Shown: piece by piece, positions 1 to 11,256 of the stretch
Layout of the letters: the number at the start of each line of letters is the position of its first letter
Position numbering within the stretch: position 1 is the first letter of the stretch
Source of the DNA: Chrysemys picta bellii
Taxonomy: Eukaryota
Assembly: GCF_011386835.1 (NCBI RefSeq)
Contig: NC_088792.1
Coordinates: forward strand, 161,944,001-162,008,000
DNA: 64,000 nt
Direction of reading: 5' to 3'
Notes under the pieces: generated by a model
Told to the model about the DNA's origin: nothing
What the model saw: only the letters and a program-made list of their open reading frames with translations
Database searches by the model: none
Program-made: the position numbers and the translations under genes

Positions 1-2775
1 TTCTGCAACAACATTCCTAAAGAGGAGAGGTTAAATATATTGCTGCCATTACACTCTACAAGGAACACATTCCATAAAAACGAAGGTGCCGTAAATTATA
101 CAAATATGATGCTAACAAGCCAGGAAATGCACTGCTAATGAGGTCAGCTATAGAACTCCCGCAGTGCTGCAAATCATGTGCCAATCCAGCGCAGGAGGTA
201 CAAGAGCAGCCCTCGGTCAGCATTTTCTGAGCACATTTGTAACCTGCTGTTTGGTGTATAGTTATACAGGTAGATACAAATCCTCCCCCTCTTCTTGTTT
301 ATGTGTCAAATAACCCAGGCACCAGACAAGCGCACTTTGCATTAATGTACCTTGCTATTATGTCTATTGTTCTGCAGTGCAGAGTGGTGAATTAGTCACT
401 CCAATGTGCAAATATTGGTTACAGTGTGGAAGCATGCACGCTTTTGTGCTCCTATCAGCCTTGCTTCTGAAGGAATTATGCATGCTGGCACTGGGGCTTT
501 TTTTTTTTTTGTACACGCTGTATTTGCGAAAGCTCTAAAATAAATAAATAAATATAATAATAATAATAAACATGTTCTCAGCAGCTGAGTTATTAGCTCA
601 TTCAAGCTTCCTTCCCTGTAAAGCAGAGGGACAATAAACACGCTGAAATGTGGCATTTAGGAACCAAAACAAGAAACCTATCCAATATTTGTGAGCCTGA
701 AAACACAAGCACAAAACCCTTTGGACTGTTTCATCCAACAGCATCAGAAAACGCCCCTGTCAGTCAGTCAGTATTCCTGTGGCACTCATCACTGTAGTCT
801 CTAGGTCCCGAGTATCAAGAGGTCTATTTAGGTACATAATGGGCCCTCGTGTCACAAATGCAGGAGCAATCTTCATGTCAGACTTATACTCACAACTGGG
901 GCAGGGCAAGTAATTGAGAAGGATCATTTACTAAAAGGATTTCTCTCTTTTTCTGTTTGAATTTCGGCAAAGCTTTGCCACGGCTCTGAAGAAAGCAAAG
1001 AGGCCCTGCTTCTCCTCTGCCAAAAGGCAGCAGAGTCATGCCATGATATGGAGGGGAACCCAGACAAATTCAGCACCGACTATGTCCATCTGCAGCTGGC
1101 CAGATGACTGCACACATTCTCTCATTCCAGACCTGGCCACGGCGATCCTTGCGTCTGTGACATCCAGCATTAACAGAATCCAGACATCTCTGCAGAATAA
1201 GAGGTAACAAGGTGATGTCCTTGCCCCAAAGACCTCACCTTACCAAGCAGCACCTAGCACAGTAAATATAAAGGAATATTAATAAAGTCTCTTGACATAT
1301 TTCCACATTCTCATGGCAGTACCAGCTTCATATACCCCCACAGGTGAGCATGTGCAAGTGTGCAAACATAAGTGTGACATGCATACATGCCCATTCATAT
1401 TGACACACATGCACAGTATCACCACATCCACAAAAAAGGCTAATCAGATAATGAGAGAGACACGCACTCCCAAATGCACAGTAAACACTTCCCACCTCCT
1501 CAAACATAACAGCAAATTCTAGTTAGGTGGTCACCTCAGAGCAGTGCCAGACCACAAAGCTGTGCCAGTGTTGGTTCTTCTCACGCAAATAACTATCGCA
1601 ACTAGAAATGTATTGCTATATTTAATAAGCAAGATATTTACGTTAACTAAATAGCAGCTAATTATGAAAATATACTTGGAGCTGAGCAATTATGCAATAA
1701 AATATTACACAGTTATTAAGCCTGCAATACACACACATCCCTAATAATCAAAATATTAATAGGCAGCCACTATTCTATTATACAGCAACTCTGCTATTAT
1801 ACAGCATCTGCCCTATTACTGCCAAATGGAATGCATAGTTAAGTGAATTTAGGGCACTTCATTTAATGTGTTCCCAAGAGTTCACCATGGAAGATTCTAC
1901 AAGGCAAGTCTCCATCTAGGCACCCCCTGCAGAATGCAGCCCTGGGATCCTGGAATTGCCCAATCATTCAAAGTCACATGGCTTCACTTACTGACCATGG
2001 AATATTTAACCCTTGCTTGGGCAGTGTACTGGCAGGGAAATGGCTGATGCAGTAGGGTGTGTTATAAGAGGGGAAAAGTCACTGCCAAGAATGAAGAAAC
2101 CCACATTCAGGGTGATTGGCTTTTTCTTTGCTTTAAAATAACTCTTCTATGCTCATTTAATTTCCATTAAACAGAGACTTGAAGCTAAAGACGTGTGGAA
2201 AGAAAGCTGGCTTCAAGAGTGACACATGTCTGTATTTTCCTGGATGCATGGTTCTCTTTTTATCTGCACAATCTCCAGACCCAGTGTCCACAATTCATAC
2301 TGAATGTTGTCTGCCAAGTCAAAGATTCAGTCTGTATTTTTTCCCTTTATATATTTCTGTATTACTTGACAGGGTTATTATCAGGTTTAATTTTTGTGTT
2401 TTACTCCCCATTGTGAAAACTTCCCAGAAATCTGAAAATACTTTTTCTACATATTTTGTCCTTTTTCCATTTGGCAAATGCCAATTGTTTATTTCTTTTC
2501 CTGTGTTTTAAATGAAGCTGTGCATGGCTGTTATTGGCACAAAGCAGCTTTGTTTGTGTGCAGCCTTTTCAACAGAGCTCTAGGAATACTGCTAATTACT
2601 GAACTGTGGCCCCAGAGTCATCAGAGAGCAAAAGAGCATGTCAACTGCTCTTGCAGTGCATCGCCAGCAGAGGGAGCACAGAATATTGTGTTTGTGTAGG
2701 TCTTTTTTGGAAAAACAATGGGCCTGTTTCTCAACCACTTTATCCTTTCTGTTACAGAGACAAGGTGGGTGAGGA

Positions 2776-3114
2776 ATCACGGACGAGGTGGGAAAAAAGA
2801 TCATCCTGGTCGACGTAACGATTCCGTTCGAGAACAGGACCCCGGCCTTCCGTGAAGCCCGAGCCCGCAAGCTCGAAAAATACGCCCCCCTGGCTGACAC
2901 CTTGCGGACTAAGGGCTACGAGGTGCACGTCGACGCTCTGCTCGTTGGGGCCCTGGGTGCCTGGGACCCGTGTAACGAACGCGTGCTGAAGACCTGTGGG
3001 GTGGGCCGTCATTACGCACGGCTCATGAGACGCCTAATGGTCTCGGACACTATCCGTTGGTCCCGGGACATCTACATCGAGCACATCACCGGCCACTGCC
3101 AATACCGAGAGTGA
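2776..3114 (+). CDS. C-terminal half of a restriction-like endonuclease (PD-(D/E)xK fold) of a Utopia-like retrotransposon; partial, no true start codon
   Basis: The ORF track lists 2788..3114, and the frame extends back to ATC at 2776. The upstream RPD catalytic motif is lost by 5' truncation. Confidence 0.8.
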   Translation: MTDEVGKKIILVDVTIPFENRTPAFREARARKLEKYAPLADTLRTKGYEVHVDALLVGALGAWDPCNERVLKTCGVGRHYARLMRRLMVSDTIRWSRDIYIEHITGHCQYRE

Positions 3115-3495
3115 GCCGGGGAGACCTCGTGCACCCACACACACACCCCTGCTGGACCCTATCCCTTGAGCCCTGAACCCACCAAACCTAGCTGAATCCC
3201 GCCACGTGAGGGTCACCCCATCCCCATTACCCAGCCCGCTTACTTATACCCATGACTGTCTCTACTTCCCGTATGGGTGTTAGACCCTCACCGCTTATCG
3301 ACTGTTTCCTGATCCCGCCCACCAGTTACCCACCCCTCATTGGGGACATTGCAGTCTGTATATACTATGTGTGCTGCCCAGCCCCAAAACACCAACATAC
3401 CCCTATACTCTGTATGTTACCCCCAATGACCAATAACTGACGCTTCAAATTTTCTGTATTGTTTATTTTTTAAATATTCTCTAATAAAATTTAAA
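2776..3495 (+). mobile_element. 5'-truncated Utopia/NeSL-clade (R2-like, restriction-like endonuclease) non-LTR retrotransposon: RLE C-terminus plus 3' UTR
   Basis: The ORF reads ITDEVGKKIILVDVTIPFEN...ARARKLEKYAPLA...GALGAWDPCN...SRDIYIEH. This is the DVTxPFE / KxxKY / GALGxW RLE signature of NeSL/Utopia. A ~380-nt 3' UTR follows, with AATAAA at 3483-3488 and an A-rich end at 3495. CpG-rich and stop-free. Confidence 0.88.
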
Positions 3496-4085
3496 TCTTT
3501 TATTGGACCAGCTTCTGTTAGTGAGAGAGACAAGCTTTCACAGAGCTCTTATTCAGGTCGAATAAGTTACGAATTTAAGCTCCCAGGCTCATCTTTTGAA
3601 GGTGTTTCCTTTGAGGACGCGGACTGATAGGTCATATATAGAGTGATCACTTGGTGAAAAGTGTTCACCCACCTGTGATAGGGTGTTTTTGTCTTTTATC
3701 CTTTTCCTGTGTGAGTTCATTCCAGAGCATAGCGATTGTCTGGTTTCACCCGCATAGTTGCTTTTGGGGCATTTAGTGCACTGGATGAGGTGCACCACAT
3801 GTTGTGATAGGCATGTGTAGGACCCATGGATCTTGAAAGGTGTGTTGGGGGGTGTTTATCAGTGTAGCAGTGGAGATATGTCTGCAAGTTTTGTATCTGT
3901 TGTGCTGGCAGAGTCTGGTGCCACTTTGAGAAGGTGCATCCTGATCTGTGGAGAGCTTGCTTCTGATGAGATTGGAGAGGTGGGGAGTTGGTTGAAGGCC
4001 AGAAGAGGAGGTTCAGGAAAGATTTCTTTCAGAATGGGGTCCCCATCAGGTATGGGGTATAGTGGTTTGATGATACCCTTCCGAT
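3496..4085 (-). mobile_element. Penelope-like element (PLE) 3' part: degenerate GIY-YIG endonuclease plus pLTR. The last ~19 nt of the pLTR lie at 2756-2774, on the other side of the Utopia insertion
   Basis: Minus-strand peptides IIKPLYPIPDGDPILKEIFPEPPLLAF (within ORF 3859..4233) and HLIQCTKCPKSNYAGETRQSL...HFSPSDHSIYDLSVRVLKG (3589..3798) are typical PLE linker and GIY-YIG sequence, frameshifted. The flanks AGAGACAAGGTGGGTGAGG and TCTTTTATTGGACC match the PLE terminus at 44448-44485. Confidence 0.88.
3529..3559 (-). ncRNA. Degenerate minimal type-I hammerhead ribozyme motif in the PLE pLTR (probably inactive)
   Basis: The minus strand reads GAC-CTGAATA-AGAGCTCTGT-GAAA-GC-TT-GTC. Stem I (GAC/GTC) and GAAA are present, the CUGANGA core is mutated and the 3' strand of stem II is missing. 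Confidence 0.45.
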
Positions 4086-4124
4086 TGTCATTTCCACCTG
4101 GACAAAGTAGGTATGATGTGTCAG

Positions 4125-4901
4125 CAGGGCCGGCTCCAGGCACCAGACGAGAAAGCACGTGCCTGGGGCGGCACATTGTAAGAGGCAGCATTCCGGCCAA
4201 TCTTGGGGCGGCCAGCCCAGTCTGAAGGGGCACGGACCCCGACCGGGGAAGAGGGGGGCAGAAACTAGTGATCCCCGCTGCTCATCGTGCTGCCAGGCTC
4301 CCCGGGACACGCCACTCCCTGCCGCCTGCACCGGCCTCTGCCTCCCGCACTGCTCTGAGCCTGGCCCGGCCGAGCCGCCTTTAAAGGAGCGGCTGAGCCA
4401 GCATCTCCTGCAGCCCCCGGGCACTGGAAGGAGGGAGGGTTCTGCAGCGGCCCGGCAGGCAGCGGTGGCAGGGACGGTTCCGCGGAGGCAGGGAGGATTC
4501 TGCGGCCGCCCGGCGGGCAGCGGAGGGGCGGGTCCCACTGATCCCGGTGCTGTTTGCAGTGTGCCGAGCCCCGCTGCAATGCCGGCCCCACGCAGAGGTC
4601 GGAGACCCCAGCCAGCGCTACCTGTGTCGGCCCCCTTGGAGCCTACCCGGCTGGGAGACACACCCCAAGGCCGGAGGGGGGAGCCCCTCTCGCCCAGCTG
4701 CAAGCGGGCTGCAGCGCCTGGCTACCCACGGGCGGAGGAAGCAGGCGGGTGCCGCCCTTCACCCCCTGCAAGCCGCCTTGACCGCCCTCCACACACTCCC
4801 TGCGGCTGCCGTTTTTTTGTGGGTTTTTTTTTGCTTTGGCAGTCTGGCCGCCCTTTTTTTTTTTTTTTTTTGCCTGGGGCGGCAAAAAAGCTAGAGCCGG
4901 C
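4125..4901. mobile_element. GC-rich non-autonomous hAT-type DNA transposon (CAGGGCCGGC.. terminus), right terminal inverted repeat (TIR) truncated
   Basis: Starts CAGGGCCGGCTCCAGG and ends CTAGAGCCGGC, lacking the final CCTG. An internal subterminal repeat GCCTGGGGCGGCA is present. No TSD seen. It explains the long spurious ORFs at 4029-5025. Confidence 0.7.
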
Positions 4902-5384
4902 AGTATTCCGATTTGGTAGGAATTTACACCCACTTTCACCTCACTTTGCTCTGGCTACCTGGCACTGGAGAACCAAGTTCCATAGCTCTGTTTCTTTTAC
5001 CTGCATTGATAAGGTGGTAAATTAAAAGTATTATAATCCAAAGATGATCATCATCCAGGAATCTAAATATTTTTAAAAGTCAAATTTTGGACCTAGAACC
5101 ATGGCCATGCCTCTTTAAATATAACGAATAATGATCCTGAAAAATGATATAGAATTCCAAACACATTCAGGCACAATTCCTGTGACCATTTATTTTTCAA
5201 ATACTGAAACCTCAGAGGAGATGAGAAACTAATGGGAGTCACATAGTATCAATATATCTTAGCTGTAGATCCAGAAAAGGTAATGTTGGTTACCCAGTCT
5301 ACCTTCCTGACATGCACTAATTACCATGTTTATCCACCAAACCACCGTTTAATGTTTTTGTGGTATCCTAACACTTATATTTAT

Positions 5385-5575
5385 TTATTAGAGTGGTGGC
5401 TGATTATTGGAGATGCTGAAAGTTATGCCAGCTCAGATTCCTTCTGTGTAACCTTGGGTAAGTCAGTTTCCGTCCCCGTGCCGCAGTTTCCCCATCTGTA
5501 AAATGGGGATAATAGTGCCCTACTTCACAGAGCTCTCACCAGGACTAATTAAAGTGTATAAAACACTTTGCAAGA
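5385..5575 (+). mobile_element. MIR/CORE-SINE remnant
   Basis: Core motif ACCTTGGGTAAGTCA...CAGTTTCCCCATCTGTAAAATGGGGATAATAG. Confidence 0.75.
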
Positions 5576-6641
5576 GGAAAAGTTCTGGTAAATAGTATTT
5601 GCTCATAGGCTGTTTCACCATCCATGGCTATTGTCACAAATTGAGAGGACTGGAGAGTGTCTGCTTGTCTCTTTTCTCCTATTGCTCAGACCAGAGTCAA
5701 TCAGGAGTAGCGCCACTGAAATTACACCCATGTAAAACTGGTGTAAGCAAGAGCGGAATTAAGCCCCAGGGACCCAGTTCACTGCTGCCATCATTTACAC
5801 GGGTAAAAAGTGGCCATTGCACTTTGCATGTTGCACAGTCATGTACAGCAATGCAAAGTAGCAGCGAATCAAGCCCCTCTGTGTCTCCAGGCAGGAAAAT
5901 GGACCGTGTCTGTGACTAAGCAAAATAGTCCAGCTTGGAGAGAGCCCAGATTGTAAGGCCTGTCAGTCCTTTGGGGACCGGGAGCTGTTAACCAAAGGCA
6001 CTGGGGAAAGCTGCAAAGAAGACAAGCTGAGAGCCTAGAGAGGGGGAAGATGGCAACTTCGTACCTCCTCCTTCATCGTCTCCTCTGGTCTCTAACTTTA
6101 AAGATGGGCTTCCTGCCTGCTGCTGGTGGTCATGTGCTTATTTTTTTTAAGGCCTTATCTGCCATATGGCTTCCAGTTGGGATGATTTATGAGGTGAAGA
6201 AAGCACACTGATAAATTTTACTGCTGGCCCCAACATAGACTGGGGGGTATCAACAGCCCAATCCAGACAGCCCTAATGGAAACTGCCGGCACCAAAGAGC
6301 AAGCCATTATTTATGACTGTCTGCAATGCCACTGTTGGAAATTTATCATCACTTCTCTTGTGCATGTTGGAATTACAGCAGCATGCTCAGGGAAGGCGGG
6401 GGAGGAAGCGAGTGCTCCCTGCCTACCCTGAGCCAGTCCTCACCCCGCACCAGGACACAGGTGCCTGTAAAAGGGAGGGAGAAACCTGGCGAGAACACGT
6501 TGCAGTGTCTAAAAGAGGAGGGGAAAATAGACTTAGCAAGCGTGAAAGGCCAAGAAACAGGAGGAGCGCTCATGTGAGGCCAGTGCGCTGGCCCTGTGAG
6601 CTTAGGCAAAGTTGGCTGGAATTCTCCCTTGAAGATGAGAA

Positions 6642-6726
6642 GCCAGATCCCCTGCTAGCGTAAGCGAGCCCAGCTCCACTGAAGTCAATAGGGTGGCTCC
6701 AATTTACACCAGCTGAGGATCTGGCC
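6642..6726. mobile_element. Short palindromic MITE of the abundant turtle GGGCCAGATCC..GGATCTGGCCC family. Related copies lie near 5.7, 17.3, 19.95, 24.3, 60.1/61.4 and 62.35 kb
   Basis: GCCAGATCC...TTTACACCAGCTGAGGATCTGGCC terminal inverted repeat with a CTCCACTGAAGTCAAT centre. Confidence 0.65.
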
Positions 6727-9039
6727 TCTTCACCGTTCTTTCAGGTGCAGCGCCCTGAATGTGTGCATCCAACAGCTCCCGGTTCAACATGTTCATGTCC
6801 GACTGCTGCTGCAGTAAAGGTGCCCTTTCTATGTTTGCCCCATCTGGGAGATCATGGCCACCCCAGCTCATGGGTTAGCTCTGGTCACTGCGCTCACATC
6901 CTCCACCCTGGCTGGAACGCGAGTCTCGCTTTGTTGTGTGCAGCCAATGGGGGAGGCTGGTCAGACAGCTCTAGGGCTGCACCAAATCCTGGTGCCCCAG
7001 CCTAGTCTGACTGCTGGGCCATGGACAGCAGCGTGTCCTCTATCTCGCTCACTCGCTGCCAGCGCCAAACACATGCTGTGCTGCAGATGAGCCTTGGCTG
7101 TTACGGCCCTTCCAGAGTCATTTTCAGCTAATTGCACGGGAGCGCATATGTCCCAGGGAGGCATCAAGACCATTGTCAGGCCAGCTCTCCGATTCTCACA
7201 CACAGCACATGGGTTATGGGTCGAGGGACAGGTTGTTTTCTTTTGGCTTCCCCTGTGCCCCAAGGCCTGCGCATGAGGCTTCAATGATGAAGTGGATCAA
7301 GATCCTTTGGTGAAAGACGCTATTGAGAATAGGAATACTTGGCATTCATGTGGATAACACTTTTCATCCGCGCCTCTCTAAGCCCTTTACAAAGGTGGGT
7401 CAGTGTCATAATCCCCATTTCACAGAAGAGGGAAAAGGAGATTGCAGGAGTTTAAGGCTGGGATTTTGAAAATAAATCCCTGGTTTGGGTGCTTCCACTT
7501 TGGGGTGCCCAGTCTGGGGCAGCTTAGGTCCTAATTAGCAGAGCTGCTGAACACCCATGACTGTAACTACAGACAAGGAAGAAACAGGTGCTCAGCCTCC
7601 TGAAAGCCAGGCACCAACTGGGGCCCCCAAAATCAGAGGTTGCTTTTGAAAGAAGTCTGTAAATGATATACCCAAGATTATATGGGAAATCCATGGGATA
7701 GCTGCTGAAAGAACCCAACAGTGATCCACTGCAACCCCTCCCATGAGCTGGGAATACAATCGAGGAAGCTTAACCCCGTATCACCAACTCTAACCAGTAC
7801 AGCATGCTGCCCCCCAGAAAAGTACAAAGTGCTGTTACTGTTACAAAGGGGACCCTATAAGCTACGGCACTGGGCTAGCACCCATCTGTAAAAGTTCTCT
7901 ACCTCTCCAGGGTGCTGTGAGGGTCAAATCCATTCATGATTGGCATGGTGCTAAGATGCCATAGTAATGAGGACCATGTAGGTACATGAAAAATGGCACC
8001 TCGTTGGCCGTCTTAGCCAAGAGGCCAAGGAAGAAATGGACTATAGATTCAAGCTGGAGGTCTTCCAGGTAGAGAATGGTGCAATGAGATGGGTGAGAGG
8101 AAATCTAGAGCTGCCATTCACTACACTGTACCTGTTCAACAGGTTAACAGAAGACTGGGAAGACTGCAGTCTCCACCAAATGTCAGGCCCCCGCTTTTCC
8201 ACCAGCACTAAATTCACTGTGGAACAAAAATAATACATAAAAAAAAATTAAGAGAGTGGCCGTAAAATTTGGATACTAATAAAATGTTTCGGGAAGATGA
8301 ATTTTTTTTCAATGTAATGGTAAGCCCTGATCCCGAAATGTTCCACAAATAGATTTTCACAGCGCCACTCAGTATTATTTGTAGATCCTTTTGCAACCCT
8401 TGTCAACAAATCCCTGATAAAAAGGAGACACTTGGCTGTGTGCTAAAGCTATGAATTTAGGAAGTGTCAACCCGTCCTTATTTATGGGGCAATCTTTGCC
8501 TTTCTCATTTTACTGATGTGGTTCGGTGTGGGCTTTCTTTCTCTCTCCCTTTGCTCTGGAATTTGGAGATATTAATACTGAAGCTGTCTCCAAGAGAATG
8601 CTGACTTTCTCAAGATTCAGGGAAGTTATGCTCCGTAAACAAATCTCACCAAGGAAAAAAAATCCATCAAGGGGCAGAAAAAAACAAAAAAAAGAACTTG
8701 GCAGATATGAGAATTCTCAGTGTGTTGTTAGGCAGTATCAGTGTTTGCTCAACTTACACTGTCTCCTTGTGCAGGAGTGATTACGGCTTCTGAGGACTGA
8801 AAACAATGGGGCTAGGAAGTGGCTGATTAAATAGAAATAGGATACCCCTGCAGACTGGGGAGAAGGAAGCAGGAAGGAGGAAGCTGCCCTCTGTCCCTTC
8901 TGCAAGTCAGATCAGGGTTCGGGTCTTTGTTTGTCAGGGAGGCTCCGGGAGGACAAAGTTATGTTAGTATTAGTGATAGGTGAATATAAAGAGATTGGAA
9001 GTTTGGATTTGGATGGGATACTAATAGTAATATAGTGCT

Positions 9040-9200
9040 TTACAAAGGTGGGGAAGTATCATTATCTCCATTTTACAGATGGGGAAACTGAGGCACAGTG
9101 GAGGGAAGGGACTTGCCTGAGGTCAGCCAACAATAATGTGGCAGAGCTAGGAAAATAACCCAGCAGTCCTGATTCCCAGTCCAGTGCCATGTTTACTGGA
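9040..9200 (-). mobile_element. MIR/CORE-SINE remnant
   Basis: ATTATCTCCATTTTACAGATGGGGAAACTGAGGCACAG...GACTTGCCTGAGGTCA. Further MIR-like remnants lie near 9.9, 13.6, 26.35, 27.2, 36.5, 38.25, 41.2, 45.95, 50.45 and 63.5 kb. Confidence 0.75.
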
Positions 9201-10652
9201 TTAGCTATAGATAAAATAAACCTCCTGAATTAGGCATGGACCCAGATCTGAATACACCTGTATTTTGGGAAAGGTCAGATCTGGATGCAATCCTGGATCC
9301 AAAATGTGTGTCTGGATCCATTGCTACTTCAGCACCTTTCACAACCAAACTCGGAACCTTTTATAGCCAAGCTCAGAACCAGTATAAGGTTCTGACATAT
9401 TCACACAAGTGACTTTATTCATTTGCTTATGGTCTCTGGCTGGGACCAGAATGAGACCTGCTACCATACTGAAAGGGGAATTCATCTCATGGCATTTCCA
9501 GCTGGAATTGGAGGCAGAAATGCCACAATCAGTATGAGCGAATGATTCTTATGAGACATCGAGCCAAGTTCTGCTGGTTTAAAAGGCCTGGATAGTCCTA
9601 ATAAAGACCAGAATTTCTGGATGCTCATCCAAATTCAAACCATTAAATATTAGTGGTTCACCTGTCACTGGCATGAATAAGAATCTGAAATGTTATAGGC
9701 CAAATTTATCCCTGGTATCATTCCACTGAAGCCATGACAAATTGGCATTCCTGTTATAATTCCATTTATCAAATTGAATTTACAAAATGGGGCTGAGAGA
9801 ATAGCTTTGTTCATGGAGTCTCAGCACTTCAGAAGATGAACATGGTTAAGTCACTTAATTGGGAGTTCATGAATTGGGATTCAGTTCCTGGCTTTATCCC
9901 AGAAAGTAATTCTGTCATTGGGCAAGTCGTTTCATCTCTCTGTAACTTCAGTTCACCATCGTTAGAGTGAGGATCACAATCCTTCCTTTTGCCCTGTCTT
10001 GTCTCTCTAGAATGCAAGTCCTTCTAGGTAAGAACTGTCTCTTGCTGTGTGCATGTACCTAGCACACTGGGGCCTCTACATACAGTGTAAATGTTTATTA
10101 TTACTCATTAATAATACTGCCATGTGAATAATACTCATCATGATGGGGTTCTAGTCCCAAAAACAGAGATGTCCCTATCTGAACCTTAACACAAAGTTAC
10201 AATCTCGACAGTCTGGCTCTAGAAACAGACAAAGACTTTTATTTTCCTTAAATTATTTGGCCCTCATCCTGAATTAAGAACCATATTTTCCCAAGAAAGA
10301 GCCCAGGACAGGAGATGAATCCATGAATTTTCTCTTTTCATGCCCAGGGGAGAAAAAGAGATTGAATCACTATCCCCTTAGAAGGGACAGGATGGGGATG
10401 TTAATTTCATAATTAGCTCTCAGCCTGGCAATATAACCAGCAATCAGCCCTCTTGGTCAAGCCAGCTGTTGAGGTATCAGCACTAGTAATTCACCAGGGG
10501 TCCTTACTTTCTCTCCACTGCTACAAAATCAGTCATTATATTCAGTAACTCAGATCCAATAATAGTAATAATTAGTAGCATAGTAGCACCAATGCTGTTT
10601 GGTGCTGTACATACCATTAGAGACTGTCCCTGCCTCAAAGAACTTGCAATCA

Positions 10653-11256
10653 ATGTGGTCACCCCATCTAAAAAAAGATATATTGGAATTGGAACAGGTT
10701 CAGAAAAGGGCTACAAAAATGATTAGGGTATGGAACAGCTTCTAGATGAGGAGAGATTAATAAGACTGGAACTTTTCAGCTTGGAAAAGAGATGACTAAG
10801 GGGGGATATGATAAATGTCTATAAAAGCATGACTGGTGTGGAGAAAGTAAATAAGGAAGTGTTATTTACTCCTTCTCATAACACAAGAACTAGGGGGGAG
10901 TCACCAAATGAAATTAATAGGCAGCAGGTTTAAAACAAACAAAAGGAAATATTTTTTCACACAATGCACAGTCAACCTGTGGAACTCTTTACCAGAGGAT
11001 GTTGTGAAGACCAAGACTATAACAGGGTTCAAAAAAGAATTAGATAAATTCATGGAGGATAGGTCCATCAATGGCTATTAGCCAGGATGGGCAGGGATGG
11101 TGTTTGCCCGAAGCTGGGAATGGGCGACAGGGGATGGATCACTTGATGATTACCTGTTCTGCTCATTCCCTCTGAAGCACCTGGCATTGGCCACTGTTGA
11201 CAGGATACTGGGCTAGATGGACCATTGGTCTGACCCAGTATGGCCGTTCTTATGTT
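10653..11256 (+). mobile_element. CR1 LINE 3' end (ORF2 C-terminus plus 3' UTR)
   Basis: TGGTCACCCCATCT...CAGAAAAGGGCTACAAAAATGATTAG...TTCAGCTTGGAAAAGAG...CTAGATGGACCATTGGTCTGACCCAGTATGGCCGTTCTTATG tail. Confidence 0.9.

Noticed and set aside
1115-1203. Possible exon (ttctctcattccag ... gtaaca) encoding DLATAILASVTSSINRIQTSLQNKR
   Set aside because: The peptide is not recognised, the donor is weak and there are no partner exons. Such pseudo-exons are common by chance.
4029-5025. Long ORFs (224 and 288 aa) on both strands
   Set aside because: They lie in the GC-rich interior of a non-autonomous hAT, are low-complexity Pro/Ala/Gly/Arg, and show no domain.
7282-7360. ATGATGA C-box suggesting a C/D snoRNA
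   Set aside because: No CTGA D-box or terminal stem at a suitable distance.
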